DNA of 64,000 bases from positions 1,344,001 to 1,408,000 of the forward strand of contig OZ253442.1 in assembly GCA_965261085.1 (NCBI GenBank), in the 5' to 3' direction. A program made the translations under genes and the position numbers. How positions within the stretch are numbered: position 1 is the first letter of the stretch; the number at the start of each line of letters is the position of its first letter. The notes under the pieces were generated by a model. The model saw only the letters and a program-made list of their open reading frames with translations, made no database searches and was not told the DNA's origin. Source of the stretch: a bacterium (GTDB lineage Bacteria; UBA8248). Shown in pieces: positions 19,260-29,305 of this stretch.

Positions 19260-19895
19260 CTATCGGCCCAGCCGGAACACTTCTTCCAGGATGGCCTCGG
19301 CCTCCGCGTCCGCCCCCAGCGAGGCGACGGCGCGCTCTATGAGATTCTCCGCCTCAGGCGTGCGGTAGCCCAACTGGCCCACCAGCACGGCCATGACGTC
19401 GCCGTGCAGGGGCGTTGCGTCTCGATGTTCGAGCGATGTGACCTCGATATCGCGCGCCAATTGAAGTTCTGCGATTTCTTCTCTGAGCGTTGAGATTACT
19501 AGTTCGGCCTTTTTCCTGCCGATGCCGGGCAGTTTGGTGAGCATGACGGTGTTCGCCGCCGCGATGGCTTCTGCGATCTGAAGGGGAGGGAGGCTCATCG
19601 CCCGCACCCCGCTTTTGGGGCTTATGCCGGGCACCTTGATGAAAGAGAGGAAAAACGCTCTTTCTTCCGCCGAGAGGAAACCCACCAAACGGGGCAAAAG
19701 CTGGCCCGTGGCCACGTTTCCCTCCAGGTAATGGTGTGTGTGGAGTTCCACTGCCTCGCGTGCGCCCATGAGGGCTTGAAGTTCATGCACCGCGTATCCA
19801 CCCACCTGTATCTCATACGCGATGCCGGCGGACGTCTTGAGGATGACGTGTTCGACCTGCACGTCGATGATCTCTCCTGAGATTTGGCGGATCAT
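19260..19895 (-). CDS. ruvA: Holliday junction branch migration protein RuvA
   Basis: MIRQISG start overlapping the ruvC stop, HhH motifs VPGISPK and LPGIGRKKAE, LGY C-terminal domain. Confidence 0.93.
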   Translation of the reverse strand: MIRQISGEIIDVQVEHVILKTSAGIAYEIQVGGYAVHELQALMGAREAVELHTHHYLEGNVATGQLLPRLVGFLSAEERAFFLSFIKVPGISPKSGVRAMSLPPLQIAEAIAAANTVMLTKLPGIGRKKAELVISTLREEIAELQLARDIEVTSLEHRDATPLHGDVMAVLVGQLGYRTPEAENLIERAVASLGADAEAEAILEEVFRLGR

Positions 19896-20425
19896 GCGCT
19901 TCTCCCGACCGCCTGGGCGCGCCTCAGGTAGCTTCGGTCGATGTGGCAATACGCTGCGGCGATGGCGTCGGCCACGTCCGGGGGTTCGGGCAAATCGGCC
20001 AGTCCCATTCTTTGCTGGACCATGAGCTGCACCTGCGCCTTCGTGGCGCGTCCGGCGCCGACGAGCGACTTTTTGATCTCCGTGGCCGCATAGCTGACCA
20101 CTTCAACGCCCGCCTGAGACGCGGCGAGGAAGATCACACCCCGCGCGTGGCCCATGATGATGGAAGTGCGGGGGTGCTTGTAGTGGCTGTAGAGGTTTTC
20201 CACCGCCATGACGTGGGGTTCGTTCGTCTCTATGATGTAGGAGAGATCTTTGTGCAACTCGTAGAGACGCTTCTCGATGGGTTCGCTTGGGTCGTTTTTG
20301 AGCACGCCGCCATCCACCAGGCGCGGTTCGTGTTCGTTCCCATCGAGGCGCAAGACGGCATAGCCCGTCACGCCCAGACCGGGGTCGACGCCCAGAACGC
20401 GGAATGTGTTTTCAGGTTGCGGCAA
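19892..20425 (-). CDS. ruvC: crossover junction endodeoxyribonuclease RuvC
   Basis: LGVDPGL, AVE, GHARG, KKSLVGAGRATKAQV, DVADA. Confidence 0.96.
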   Translation of the reverse strand: MPQPENTFRVLGVDPGLGVTGYAVLRLDGNEHEPRLVDGGVLKNDPSEPIEKRLYELHKDLSYIIETNEPHVMAVENLYSHYKHPRTSIIMGHARGVIFLAASQAGVEVVSYAATEIKKSLVGAGRATKAQVQLMVQQRMGLADLPEPPDVADAIAAAYCHIDRSYLRRAQAVGRSA

Positions 20426-20456
20426 AAGAAGACCCCACGGGCGGTGGGTTCAGCGT

Positions 20457-21206
20457 TTATGTGGATGCCTCCACCATCTGTTCTTCGGAAATGTCGAAAT
20501 TGGCATAGACGTTCTGCACGTCTTCGTTATCCTCGAGCGCTTCCATAAGGCGAAGCATCTGTTCCGCTTGCTTGCCTTCGAGCTTCACCGTTGATTTGGG
20601 CAGCATGGTGATTTCGGCGGATTCCGTCTGGATTTTGTTTTTCTCGAGCGCTTCGCGTACCGACTCGAACGCATCCGGCGAGGTATGGATTTCGAACAAG
20701 TCATCGGCGGGTTCCAGGTCCTCTGCCCCCGCTTCTAGTACCAGTTCCATGAGTGATTCCTCGTCGACGGCCTCTTGTGGAACCAGCAACAATCCCTTTT
20801 TTTCAAAATTCCACGCCACGGCGTTCGGCTCCGCCATGGAGCCGTTGTTCTTCGTTAATATATGGCGGACTTCCGCACCCGTGCGGTTGCGGTTGTCGGT
20901 GAGCACTGCGATGAGAATGGCCACGCCGTTGGGGCCGTAGCACTCATAGGCGTATTCCTCGTAATTCACTCCCTCTAGATCGCCAGTTCCCTTGGCGATG
21001 GCGCGCGCGATGTTGTCCTGGGGCATGTTGGCCCCTTTCGCCGTCTGTATCGCCGTGCGCAACCGGGGGTTGCCATCGGGGTCTCCCCCGCCGAGGCGGG
21101 CCGCGATGGTGATTTCCTTGATGAGCTTGGTGAAAATCTTACCACGCTTGGCGTCGAGCGCGCCTTTTTTCCGCTTGATGGTGCTCCACTTGGAATGACC
21201 GGACAT
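20457..21206 (-). CDS. yebC: YebC/PmpR family protein
   Basis: [34 protein letters not shown]. Confidence 0.95.
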   Translation of the reverse strand: MSGHSKWSTIKRKKGALDAKRGKIFTKLIKEITIAARLGGGDPDGNPRLRTAIQTAKGANMPQDNIARAIAKGTGDLEGVNYEEYAYECYGPNGVAILIAVLTDNRNRTGAEVRHILTKNNGSMAEPNAVAWNFEKKGLLLVPQEAVDEESLMELVLEAGAEDLEPADDLFEIHTSPDAFESVREALEKNKIQTESAEITMLPKSTVKLEGKQAEQMLRLMEALEDNEDVQNVYANFDISEEQMVEAST

Positions 21207-21449
21207 GATTCGGGTGCTCCTGTGATTCTCCTGCGGTGGTGCTTATTTTCCCTGCACCCAATAGAGGTTCGTATTCACAACGTGTTCTGACTATAATTTC
21301 TAGCATGGGGGGCGGTGGGAGTAAAGACTTGGCCTGTCAGGTCCGGTCTCGAAATGCCCCGCGTGGACACTCAAGGGCCAAGGTGATATTTTTCCGCCAG
21401 ACATTTCCGAGGAGGATCGGTTCTGGATTCTCAAAAAACAGTATCTTCG

Positions 21450-22412
21450 ATGAATCCCGTCGAGCGGGGAGCCCGCACGCTACGGATTGAGGCCGAGGCG
21501 CTCTCCGGACTCATCGAGCGACTGGATGAAGGGTTTATCAAGGCGGTCGATATCGTTTTGGGATGTAAGGGCAAGGTGGCGGTCACCGGTATGGGGAAGA
21601 GCGGGCTGATCGGGCAGAAGATTTCCGCCACCCTCGCGAGTACGGGCACGCCGTCTTATTTTCTCCACCCCGCCGAGGGCGTTCACGGCGATTTGGGCAT
21701 GGTGACGAAAGACGACGTCATCGTCGCGCTGTCTTATAGCGGTGAAACCGACGAGGTTGTGCGCATCCTGCCCGTCTTCGCCCGCATGGGTACGCCGCTC
21801 ATCGCCATCACCGGCAGCGAGAACTCAACGCTCTGGCGCGCGGCGCAGGCCGTGTTGAACATTCACGTGAAAGAAGAAGCCTGCCCGATTCAACTCGCCC
21901 CCACGGCGAGCAGCACCGCCTCCCTGGCCATGGGCGATGCGCTCGCGATGGCCGTTCTGGAAGCAAGGGGGTTTCAGCCGGAGGATTTCGCGCGTTTTCA
22001 CCCTGGAGGTTCGCTGGGGAAAAAGCTCATTCGCGTGAAAGAGCTGATGGCCGTGGACGATGATATCCCGCAGGTGGACGAAGCGGCTCCCCTGGCGCAG
22101 GTCGTGCGCGAGATGAGCGCCAAGAGGCTGGGTATGACGTGCGTGATGAGCGCGGAGAATGAACTGTGCGGCGTCATCACGGACGGGGACTTGAGGCGCG
22201 CGCTGGAGAATACCGAAGAATTGCCCAATCTCAAGGCCGAGGATTTGATGACGCTCGCTCCTAAGACGATAGATGAAGACGAGATGGCAGCCGCGGCGAT
22301 TCAGTTGATGGAGACGAGCACTATCACGTCCCTGGCGGTCACCGCAGGCGCGGATAAGCGCCTGGCGGGCGTGCTGCACCTACACCATCTGTTGCGCGCT
22401 GGCGTGGTGTAG
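21450..22412 (+). CDS. kdsD: arabinose-5-phosphate isomerase (KdsD/KpsF/GutQ), SIS + CBS domains
   Basis: GMGKSG, HPAEGVHGDLG, EACP..LAPTASS, FHPGGSLG, C-terminal CBS pair. Confidence 0.93.
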   Translation: MNPVERGARTLRIEAEALSGLIERLDEGFIKAVDIVLGCKGKVAVTGMGKSGLIGQKISATLASTGTPSYFLHPAEGVHGDLGMVTKDDVIVALSYSGETDEVVRILPVFARMGTPLIAITGSENSTLWRAAQAVLNIHVKEEACPIQLAPTASSTASLAMGDALAMAVLEARGFQPEDFARFHPGGSLGKKLIRVKELMAVDDDIPQVDEAAPLAQVVREMSAKRLGMTCVMSAENELCGVITDGDLRRALENTEELPNLKAEDLMTLAPKTIDEDEMAAAAIQLMETSTITSLAVTAGADKRLAGVLHLHHLLRAGVV

Positions 22413-22479
22413 AGGTTTCCCCGCTCTTAAGCGTTCTGCGGATTTCTCCCGGCTTCAAGAGAGCGTCTCTCCGGCGCCC

Positions 22480-23223
22480 TTATTCCCACCCCGAAGGCCC
22501 GAAAATCAGAAGAGAAAGTGCTGCGGCTATCATCAGCCCCAAACCAACCGTGAAGCCCAGAGCGGGGGGGATGCGTCCGCGCAGCAGCCTTCCCAGCAAA
22601 AATCCGGCGACCGCTGGCAGAATCGATAAGGCGGAGCGCGCCGATTCAAAAGCCCCCAGCGCGCCCGAGCCGCTCAGCAGGGCCACCTGAACGCTCGCGA
22701 ACACCAGCGCGCTCGTATAGGTGAGCCGCATCATCCGGGCGCGGCCCGCACCCGTGCTGTCGAGATACATGATGCTCACGGGGCCGCCCGAGTACGAAAA
22801 ACCGCTCAGACCGCCTGCGAAAAAACCCGCCAGATAGGTGAAGAAGGTCTCATCGCGCATGTCGAGTTGTACTCTCTGGCGCGAGATGCTGTAGGCGGCG
22901 AACAACAGGACGAGGACGCCCACCGACCACTTGAGGAACGTGGGGGGGCTTGAGATGAGCGTCAGCGCGCCCACGGCGGCGCCCGCCGCGCCCGCGCCCA
23001 GAAAAGGCATGAGGCGTCTGAGTGATGGAGCGGGAACACCGCCTCCGATAGCGCGAATCGCCACCAGGATGAGGTTTGGGAGCGAGAGGGTGAGCACGGA
23101 ATCACGCACCCCGATGAGAGCGCCCAGCGCCGGGGTCGCCAACAGGCCGAAGTCGATTCCCGCGGCTCCCTCCAGCAGTCCTGCGGCGAAAATGAGAAGC
23201 GTGATATCCCAGGATGGCCACAT
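22480..23223 (-). CDS. TauE/SafE family sulfite exporter-like membrane protein
   Basis: About eight hydrophobic segments, G..G..FGL...P N-terminal motif, GGP motif. Confidence 0.7.
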   Translation of the reverse strand: MWPSWDITLLIFAAGLLEGAAGIDFGLLATPALGALIGVRDSVLTLSLPNLILVAIRAIGGGVPAPSLRRLMPFLGAGAAGAAVGALTLISSPPTFLKWSVGVLVLLFAAYSISRQRVQLDMRDETFFTYLAGFFAGGLSGFSYSGGPVSIMYLDSTGAGRARMMRLTYTSALVFASVQVALLSGSGALGAFESARSALSILPAVAGFLLGRLLRGRIPPALGFTVGLGLMIAAALSLLIFGPSGWE

Positions 23224-23241
23224 CGGTTTAGGGATATCCGC

Positions 23242-24240
23242 TTAGAGGTTCAACAGGGACTGAATGTTCTTGTGTGAGACGTTCTCGTATTCTTCCTGGC
23301 TCAATCCCGATTGCCGGAGCGTTTCGACCGCCTCGGTGTCCGTCATGTCATAGGGCAGGTCCGTGCCCAGCACGACCCGCTCGCTCCCCATGGTGTCCAC
23401 CAGGAAGCGGACGACGGGCGGATGAAACACCAGCATGTCCAGATAGAAGTTCGAGCGAAGATATTCCAGCGGTGAGCGCAATATTTTTTCGCACTCGGGC
23501 CGCACCTTCCAGCCATGCCCGAAACGGCCGATGAGGTAGGGCGCGGTTCCCCCGCCGTGTAAGAAGATGAAGGTGAGGTCCGGCAGCCTGTCGAAAAGGC
23601 CGGAGAAAATCAGGCGGCCGATGCAGTTCGCGCTCTCCGTGGGGAACCCGACGAGGTTGAACAGGTGGTATTCCTTCATCTGGTCTTTGCCCGCCGGGTT
23701 GGCCGGATGAACGATAATGGGTACGTTCAGACCTGAGGCAGCCTCGTAGAGGGGGTAAAAACTCTCATCATCGAGATAGCGGTCGTTCACGTTCGTGCTC
23801 AGAAACCCGCCCTTGAGCCCCAGCTTGTTGACGGAACGATCGAGTTCCTTCACCGAGAGGTCGACGTTCTGCGCGGGCAGGGAGGCCAGGCCATGAAATT
23901 TGGTCGGATGTTTTTCGATGATACTGGCGTAGGCGTCGTTCGCCGCCTGGCAGAGTTCCACCGCCAGACCGTCATCGGCCCAGTAGACGCCCGGGTTCGA
24001 TGAGAAGGATAGAATATTCATGTCCAGCTTCATCTCGGCCATGGTCTGGAGGCGTAGTTCGACGTTGGTGAAAGGCTCGATGGGCGGGTGCATCATGCCC
24101 TTGATGTCCACGACGCGCTCGCCTTCCGCGTTCGTCATGAGCCTCACGCCATAGCGCGGACCCTCTTTTTCCAGGATTTCAAAGTATTCGTCCGGGTATA
24201 TGTGGCAATGGGCGTCGATGTGCATTCTGGTCATCTCCAT
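23242..24240 (-). CDS. amidohydrolase_2 family metal-dependent hydrolase/decarboxylase (ACMSD-like)
   Basis: IDAHCH, VHP, HGGG..P...GR, GTDLPY. Confidence 0.88.
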   Translation of the reverse strand: MEMTRMHIDAHCHIYPDEYFEILEKEGPRYGVRLMTNAEGERVVDIKGMMHPPIEPFTNVELRLQTMAEMKLDMNILSFSSNPGVYWADDGLAVELCQAANDAYASIIEKHPTKFHGLASLPAQNVDLSVKELDRSVNKLGLKGGFLSTNVNDRYLDDESFYPLYEAASGLNVPIIVHPANPAGKDQMKEYHLFNLVGFPTESANCIGRLIFSGLFDRLPDLTFIFLHGGGTAPYLIGRFGHGWKVRPECEKILRSPLEYLRSNFYLDMLVFHPPVVRFLVDTMGSERVVLGTDLPYDMTDTEAVETLRQSGLSQEEYENVSHKNIQSLLNL

Positions 24241-24378
24241 AAGCGAAAGGGCCGACCCGGATTGTTAGCACCCGTGGACGAGGGGTGTCAATGATGGAGC
24301 GGCTCTCGCCATGAAGCAGAGAAGGGGTCTGAGCGGTGGATTCTCAATATTCAAGACGTCAGCTGAGACCGAAGAAAC

Positions 24379-25131
24379 TCAGGGCTTGACGGCCCGGATG
24401 GTCGCGCTCGCGAGTTCGGGGGCGACGTAGGGCTTTCGGTTGATGATTTCCACGTCGACGAAACCCGCCTCGCGCAGCGCGGCGATATACGCGTCGTCTC
24501 GGATGGCGCCTGCGATGCACGCGCACCAATCCGCGATGGAGGTGGCGTCTCCGGCGGGTTCGGACACCTGGATGACGTCTGAAACCACGAAACGCCCGCC
24601 CCCGCGCAGGACGCGGAAAGATTCGCGGAACACGGCCGCCTTGTCCGGCGAGAGATTGATGACGCAGTTGCTGATAACGATGTCGACCGCCTCGTCCTCA
24701 ATCGGCATGTTCTCCATCTCGCCCTTTCTGAACGAGACGTTGTGAACGCCCAGGCTTTGCCTGTTTTTCTCGGCCTTCTCCAGCATGGCGTCCGTCATGT
24801 CCAGGCCGATGACGCTCCCGTGAGGTCCCACCTCCTTCGCGGCGAGAAAACAGTCCAGCCCCGCGCCCGAGCCCAAATCCAGCACCGTCTCGCCCGGTTT
24901 GGGATGCGCGTCCGCAATGGGGTTCCCGCATCCCGCGTTTGCGCTCAAGACATCAGCCGGAAGCTGCTCCACGTCCTCTTTCGCATAGCCGATGGTTTTT
25001 ATGTTCGCAGCGCCCATGGGCATCTCGGCGCCCGCCTCCCCGCAGCAGGAGACCTCCCCGGCGGCTACTTTCGCATACAGCTCACGAACCGCGCTTTTTA
25101 TCTCTCCCTCATTGTCACAACATCCTGTCAT
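24379..25131 (-). CDS. arsM: arsenite S-adenosylmethionine methyltransferase
   Basis: SCC, GCGNP, VLDLGSGAGLD, SNCVINL, WCACIAGA conserved Cys pattern; start placed after AGGAGG. Confidence 0.85.
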   Translation of the reverse strand: MTGCCDNEGEIKSAVRELYAKVAAGEVSCCGEAGAEMPMGAANIKTIGYAKEDVEQLPADVLSANAGCGNPIADAHPKPGETVLDLGSGAGLDCFLAAKEVGPHGSVIGLDMTDAMLEKAEKNRQSLGVHNVSFRKGEMENMPIEDEAVDIVISNCVINLSPDKAAVFRESFRVLRGGGRFVVSDVIQVSEPAGDATSIADWCACIAGAIRDDAYIAALREAGFVDVEIINRKPYVAPELASATIRAVKP

Positions 25132-25738
25132 GGATGGGAACTCCTCCTGCACGGCTTTAGGGTTACAGGAACAGACGCTTAGAACGCGGGTAGGATATCA
25201 AGGATGGGGTAAAGAGCAAAGCCCCCCGTCTTCCTGCGCAGAAGAGGGATAATCGCGTATAACCATATATATATCAATTGGATACGTTTTATTTTTTTAT
25301 CGAAAAACCCCGTCAATTTATCGATATTTTCAGGAATTCACGCCTTTTTGAAAAAACAGCATCCTATGGTATCGCACGGAGATCCTGCCGCACGCCCAAA
25401 CCCGCGCCATGACGGCGAATGCGGGCGAATGCGGAATCGCTCGCCTGCGTAGGGACGGTTGGCGAGCTGCCCCTGCAAAAAACGTCATTCCTCTCTCCCC
25501 GGTCGGGTCAAACCCTTCTCCTCGGGCGGGTTTAAGCCTCGAGGGGGAGGGGAAAGATCGGGAGCGTCGATGCGTCCGCGCGGCGGAGGGGATACGATAC
25601 GCGAGATTACAATGAGAACGAGGCGGTGTATAAAAGAGCCGGGCCGGCGGCTCGAAACGTGGGCCTGAGTTGCGGGAAAATCGCTTCCGTGCAAATTTGA
25701 ACCGGAACCGCCTCCTTTCCTCTTTCACGTGATAAGAC

Positions 25739-28471
25739 ATGACGGAAGAAAAAAAAGAAATCTATCTCATCGACGGCTCGGGCTACATGTTCCGGGCCTA
25801 TTACGCCATGATGCGCCAGCGTCTTTCGAACTCGAAGGGCGCGCCCACGGGCGCCACCCTGGCTTTCGCCAGAATGCTCCTGAACGTAATCCGCGACCGC
25901 GCGCCCGAGTACGTCGCCGTCGCCTTCGATCGCCCCGAGCCCACGTTCCGCCACGACCTCTACCCCGCCTACAAGGCGAACCGGGACGCCGCGCCGGAAG
26001 ACCTGGTCGAGCAGATCCCCTACATGCACCGCGTCATCGAGGTGTTGCGCATCCCGCTTCTCGTCCAGGCGGGGGCCGAGGCGGACGACATCATCGGCAC
26101 GCTGGCCGCGCGCGCGGAAGAGGAGGGCTACGAGGTCGTCCTGGTCACGGCCGATAAGGATTTCGCGCAGCTTGTCTCAGAAAACGTCCGCATCTGGGAC
26201 CCGATGAAGGACGAGGAGATGGGGCCGGCGGAAATCGAGGCCAAATGGGGCGTGCCGCCCGAAAAATTCGTGGATATCCAGGCGCTCATGGGAGATACGG
26301 CGGACAACATTCCGGGCGTGCCGGGCATCGGGGAGAAAACCGCCGTCGCCCTGATTCAGCAGTTCGGCGGGCTGGATGAGGTGCTCGCCTCCACGGATCA
26401 GATAAAACGCCCCAAACAGCGCCAGAGCATCGAGGAAAATGTGGAGTTGGCGAAACTCTCGCGGGAGCTTTGCACCATCAAGCGCGATCTGGTGCTCGAA
26501 GGAGACCTGGAGTCGTGCCGTCTGGGCGACGCCGATATCGAGGCGGGCAGAAAACTTTTCGTCGAGGAACTCGAATTCAAGAACGTCATCGAACTGCTTC
26601 CCGGCTACGGTGAATCCGGTGCGGCCGAGGATGCGCCCGAGGAAGCGGCCTCCCCATCCGAAGAAGGGGAGCGCGATTACCACGTCATCCGCACCTCTGA
26701 CGAACTCAAGTCGATGATTGGAGAGCTCGAAGGCGCGGGGCGCTTCGCGTTCGATCTGGAAACCACCTCGCTCAACCCCATGAAGGCGCGAATCGTGGGC
26801 TTTAGCTTCTCCGCCCGTGCGGGGCGCGCGTTCTACGTTCCCGTGGGGCATGAAACGATGGATTCCGGCCCCCAGCTTCTACTGGAGGACGTGCTCGCCG
26901 AGGTCTCTCCGCTGCTGGAATCGACTGAAATCGAAAAAATCGGACAGAACATCAAATACGACATCGCGGTGCTCAAAGAGGCCGGCCGAGAGGTTCGCGG
27001 CCCCTTGTTCGACACCATGCTCGCCTCCTATCTCCTGCTCTCGAGCCGCAGAAGCCACGGGATGGACCATCTGGCGCAGGAGTATTTCGGGGTGACGACC
27101 ATCAAATACGCCGACCTTTGCGGCAAGGGCGCCAAGCAGATTCCCTTCTCCCGCGTGCCCGTTGACGCAGCGGCCCCTTACGCCTGCGAGGATGCGGACA
27201 TCACGTATCGCCTGGCCGTGGAGATGGCCCCGCAGCTTAAAAACGACGGGCTGATGAACCTTTTCGAGGAAATGGAAGTTCCCCTCCTGCGCGTCCTGCT
27301 CGATATGGAGCGGGCGGGCATCCGGCTGGATCGGGAATTTTTACAGAACATGGGAAAAGAACTCGAATTGCGCCTCGAGCAGATGCGGGGCTACATCCAC
27401 GAAATGGCGGGTGAGGAGTTCAACATCAACTCCACCCAGCAGTTGCGCGTCATCCTGTTCGAAAAGCTGAACCTTCCGGTGTTCAGGAAAACGAAAACGG
27501 GTCCCTCCACCGACATCGACACGCTGGAGAGGCTCGCGCCCCAGCACCCCCTTCCCCAGGAGATTTTGAGTTTCAGACAGCTCTCCAAACTCAAGAACAC
27601 CTATGTGGACACCCTGCCCGAGTTGGTGAACCCGCAGACGGGCCGCATCCACGCGCGCTTCAACCAGACGGTCGCCGCCACGGGCCGGTTGAGTGGTTCG
27701 GACCCCAATTTGCAGAACATCCCCATCCGCACGGATCTGGGCCGCGAGATACGCCGGGCCTTCCTGCCCGAGGATGGGTGGAAGCTCCTATCGGCGGATT
27801 ACAGCCAGATCGAACTGCGGGTGCTGGCGCATTTCACGAACGACCCGGCCCTCGTCGACGCCTTCGGCAAGGGGGAGGACATTCACGCCACGACCGCCTC
27901 GGCCGTCTACGGCGTGGCCCTCGACGTGGTGAACTCCGAGATGCGCCGCGTCGCCAAGGCGGTGAATTTCGGTATCATCTACGGGCAGGGGGCCTTTGGC
28001 CTTTCCCAGACCATCGGCATCCCCCAGTCCGAGGCGCGCTCGTTCATCGACACCTATTTCGAGCGCTTCGCCGCCGTGCCCGCCTTCGTGGATGAGACCA
28101 TCGAGAAGGGCAGGGCGCACGGCTACGTTTCCACCATCATGGGGCGGCGCAGGTATCTGCCCGATCTGAACAGCAGGAACCGCAACGCGAAAAACGCCGC
28201 CGAGCGAACGGCGGTGAACTCCGTCATCCAGGGCAGCGCCGCCGACGTCATCAAGATCGCGATGATTGCCATCGCCGATCGCCTGAAGAGAGAAGAGAGA
28301 GAAGCGCGCATGCTCGTGCAGGTGCACGATGAGCTCTTGTTCGAGATACCGCCCGGAGAAATCGAAGAGGTGGCCGCCTTGGTCGCAGAGGAGATGCAGG
28401 GCGCGATGGACCTGCGCGTTCCGCTCGAGGTGGACGTGAGCACGGGAGATAACTGGGGCGAGTTGAAGTAG
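25739..28471 (+). CDS. polA: DNA polymerase I
   Basis: LIDGS..FRAYY 5'-3' exonuclease, FDLETTS 3'-5' exonuclease, TGRLS..PNLQNIP, ADYSQIELR, KAVNFGIIYG, VHDEL. Confidence 0.98.
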   Translation: MTEEKKEIYLIDGSGYMFRAYYAMMRQRLSNSKGAPTGATLAFARMLLNVIRDRAPEYVAVAFDRPEPTFRHDLYPAYKANRDAAPEDLVEQIPYMHRVIEVLRIPLLVQAGAEADDIIGTLAARAEEEGYEVVLVTADKDFAQLVSENVRIWDPMKDEEMGPAEIEAKWGVPPEKFVDIQALMGDTADNIPGVPGIGEKTAVALIQQFGGLDEVLASTDQIKRPKQRQSIEENVELAKLSRELCTIKRDLVLEGDLESCRLGDADIEAGRKLFVEELEFKNVIELLPGYGESGAAEDAPEEAASPSEEGERDYHVIRTSDELKSMIGELEGAGRFAFDLETTSLNPMKARIVGFSFSARAGRAFYVPVGHETMDSGPQLLLEDVLAEVSPLLESTEIEKIGQNIKYDIAVLKEAGREVRGPLFDTMLASYLLLSSRRSHGMDHLAQEYFGVTTIKYADLCGKGAKQIPFSRVPVDAAAPYACEDADITYRLAVEMAPQLKNDGLMNLFEEMEVPLLRVLLDMERAGIRLDREFLQNMGKELELRLEQMRGYIHEMAGEEFNINSTQQLRVILFEKLNLPVFRKTKTGPSTDIDTLERLAPQHPLPQEILSFRQLSKLKNTYVDTLPELVNPQTGRIHARFNQTVAATGRLSGSDPNLQNIPIRTDLGREIRRAFLPEDGWKLLSADYSQIELRVLAHFTNDPALVDAFGKGEDIHATTASAVYGVALDVVNSEMRRVAKAVNFGIIYGQGAFGLSQTIGIPQSEARSFIDTYFERFAAVPAFVDETIEKGRAHGYVSTIMGRRRYLPDLNSRNRNAKNAAERTAVNSVIQGSAADVIKIAMIAIADRLKREEREARMLVQVHDELLFEIPPGEIEEVAALVAEEMQGAMDLRVPLEVDVSTGDNWGELK

Positions 28472-28627
28472 CCTTGGGCTTGGTCTGCGAACCGGGAATT
28501 TCATCGTCTGAAGAACACCCCGCACCTTGCGCACTCTAGCGCGCGCGCCATAGAATCGAGCGCGTCGGTCCCATCCGCCCGCAATGATGCTTGAGGGTCG
28601 AATTCACCGGGAGGCCCTTGCTTCGCC

Positions 28628-29293
28628 ATGTCCAATCTCTATGCGGTCGGCGACATTCACGGCCAGATCCACATGCTCGAAGCCCTGGTGGAGCGCGTAC
28701 ACTTCAAGGAAGAGGATGAAATCGTCTTTCTCGGTGATTCCATCGACAGGGGGCGGGATTCCAGGGCCGTGGTCGAGTTTTTGATCGGTTTCAAGCGCGA
28801 ATTTCCCAACACCGTTTTTTTACAGGGGAACCATGAGGACATGCTTTTGGATTATCTGGACGGAGGCGGGAACTATTATCCGGGCGTCTACCTCGTGAAC
28901 GGCGGTGACGCGACCCTTGAGAGCTATGACCCGGACGGGATGGGCGAGGTTCTGCTCCCACCCTCGCATCGGGAATTTTTCGATGGGCTTTTGTGGATTC
29001 ACGTAAGCCGTGGATTCATCTTCGTTCATGCGGGTCTGAGGCCGGGCGTTCCCATCGACCGCCAGGACCCGATGGATATGGTCTGGATACGAGAGGAATT
29101 TCTCGATGCCGAATATGATTTCGGCAAGCCCGTCGTATTCGGTCACACCCCGGGATGGGAGATAAAAAACAAACTCCCGTATTACCTGGGCATCGACACG
29201 CGCGCCGTAAGTGGCGGGTGTCTGACGTGCGTGCAACTCGCCGATGGCGAACTCGTGGACTGCCATCAGGTCTTTGTCCAGGAAGTCGAATGA
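28628..29293 (+). CDS. metallophosphoesterase (PPP Ser/Thr phosphatase-like)
   Basis: GDIHG, GDSIDRG, GNHE, FVHAG, GHTP. Confidence 0.9.
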   Translation: MSNLYAVGDIHGQIHMLEALVERVHFKEEDEIVFLGDSIDRGRDSRAVVEFLIGFKREFPNTVFLQGNHEDMLLDYLDGGGNYYPGVYLVNGGDATLESYDPDGMGEVLLPPSHREFFDGLLWIHVSRGFIFVHAGLRPGVPIDRQDPMDMVWIREEFLDAEYDFGKPVVFGHTPGWEIKNKLPYYLGIDTRAVSGGCLTCVQLADGELVDCHQVFVQEVE

Positions 29294-29305
29294 GTTGAAT
29301 CCTTC

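Noticed and set aside
21336-21346. GTCAGGTCCGG resembling the SRP RNA domain IV motif
   Set aside because: It is not followed by the GAAGGAAGCAGC half and there is no long enclosing hairpin.
24379-24381. ArsM TGA as selenocysteine
   Set aside because: The protein ends at the normal SATIRAVKP-type C-terminus and the conserved Cys positions use Cys codons.
25409-25600. 6S RNA
   Set aside because: The pairing gives separate hairpins rather than one rod with a central bubble, and parts match local repeat families. Kept only as a low-confidence finding.
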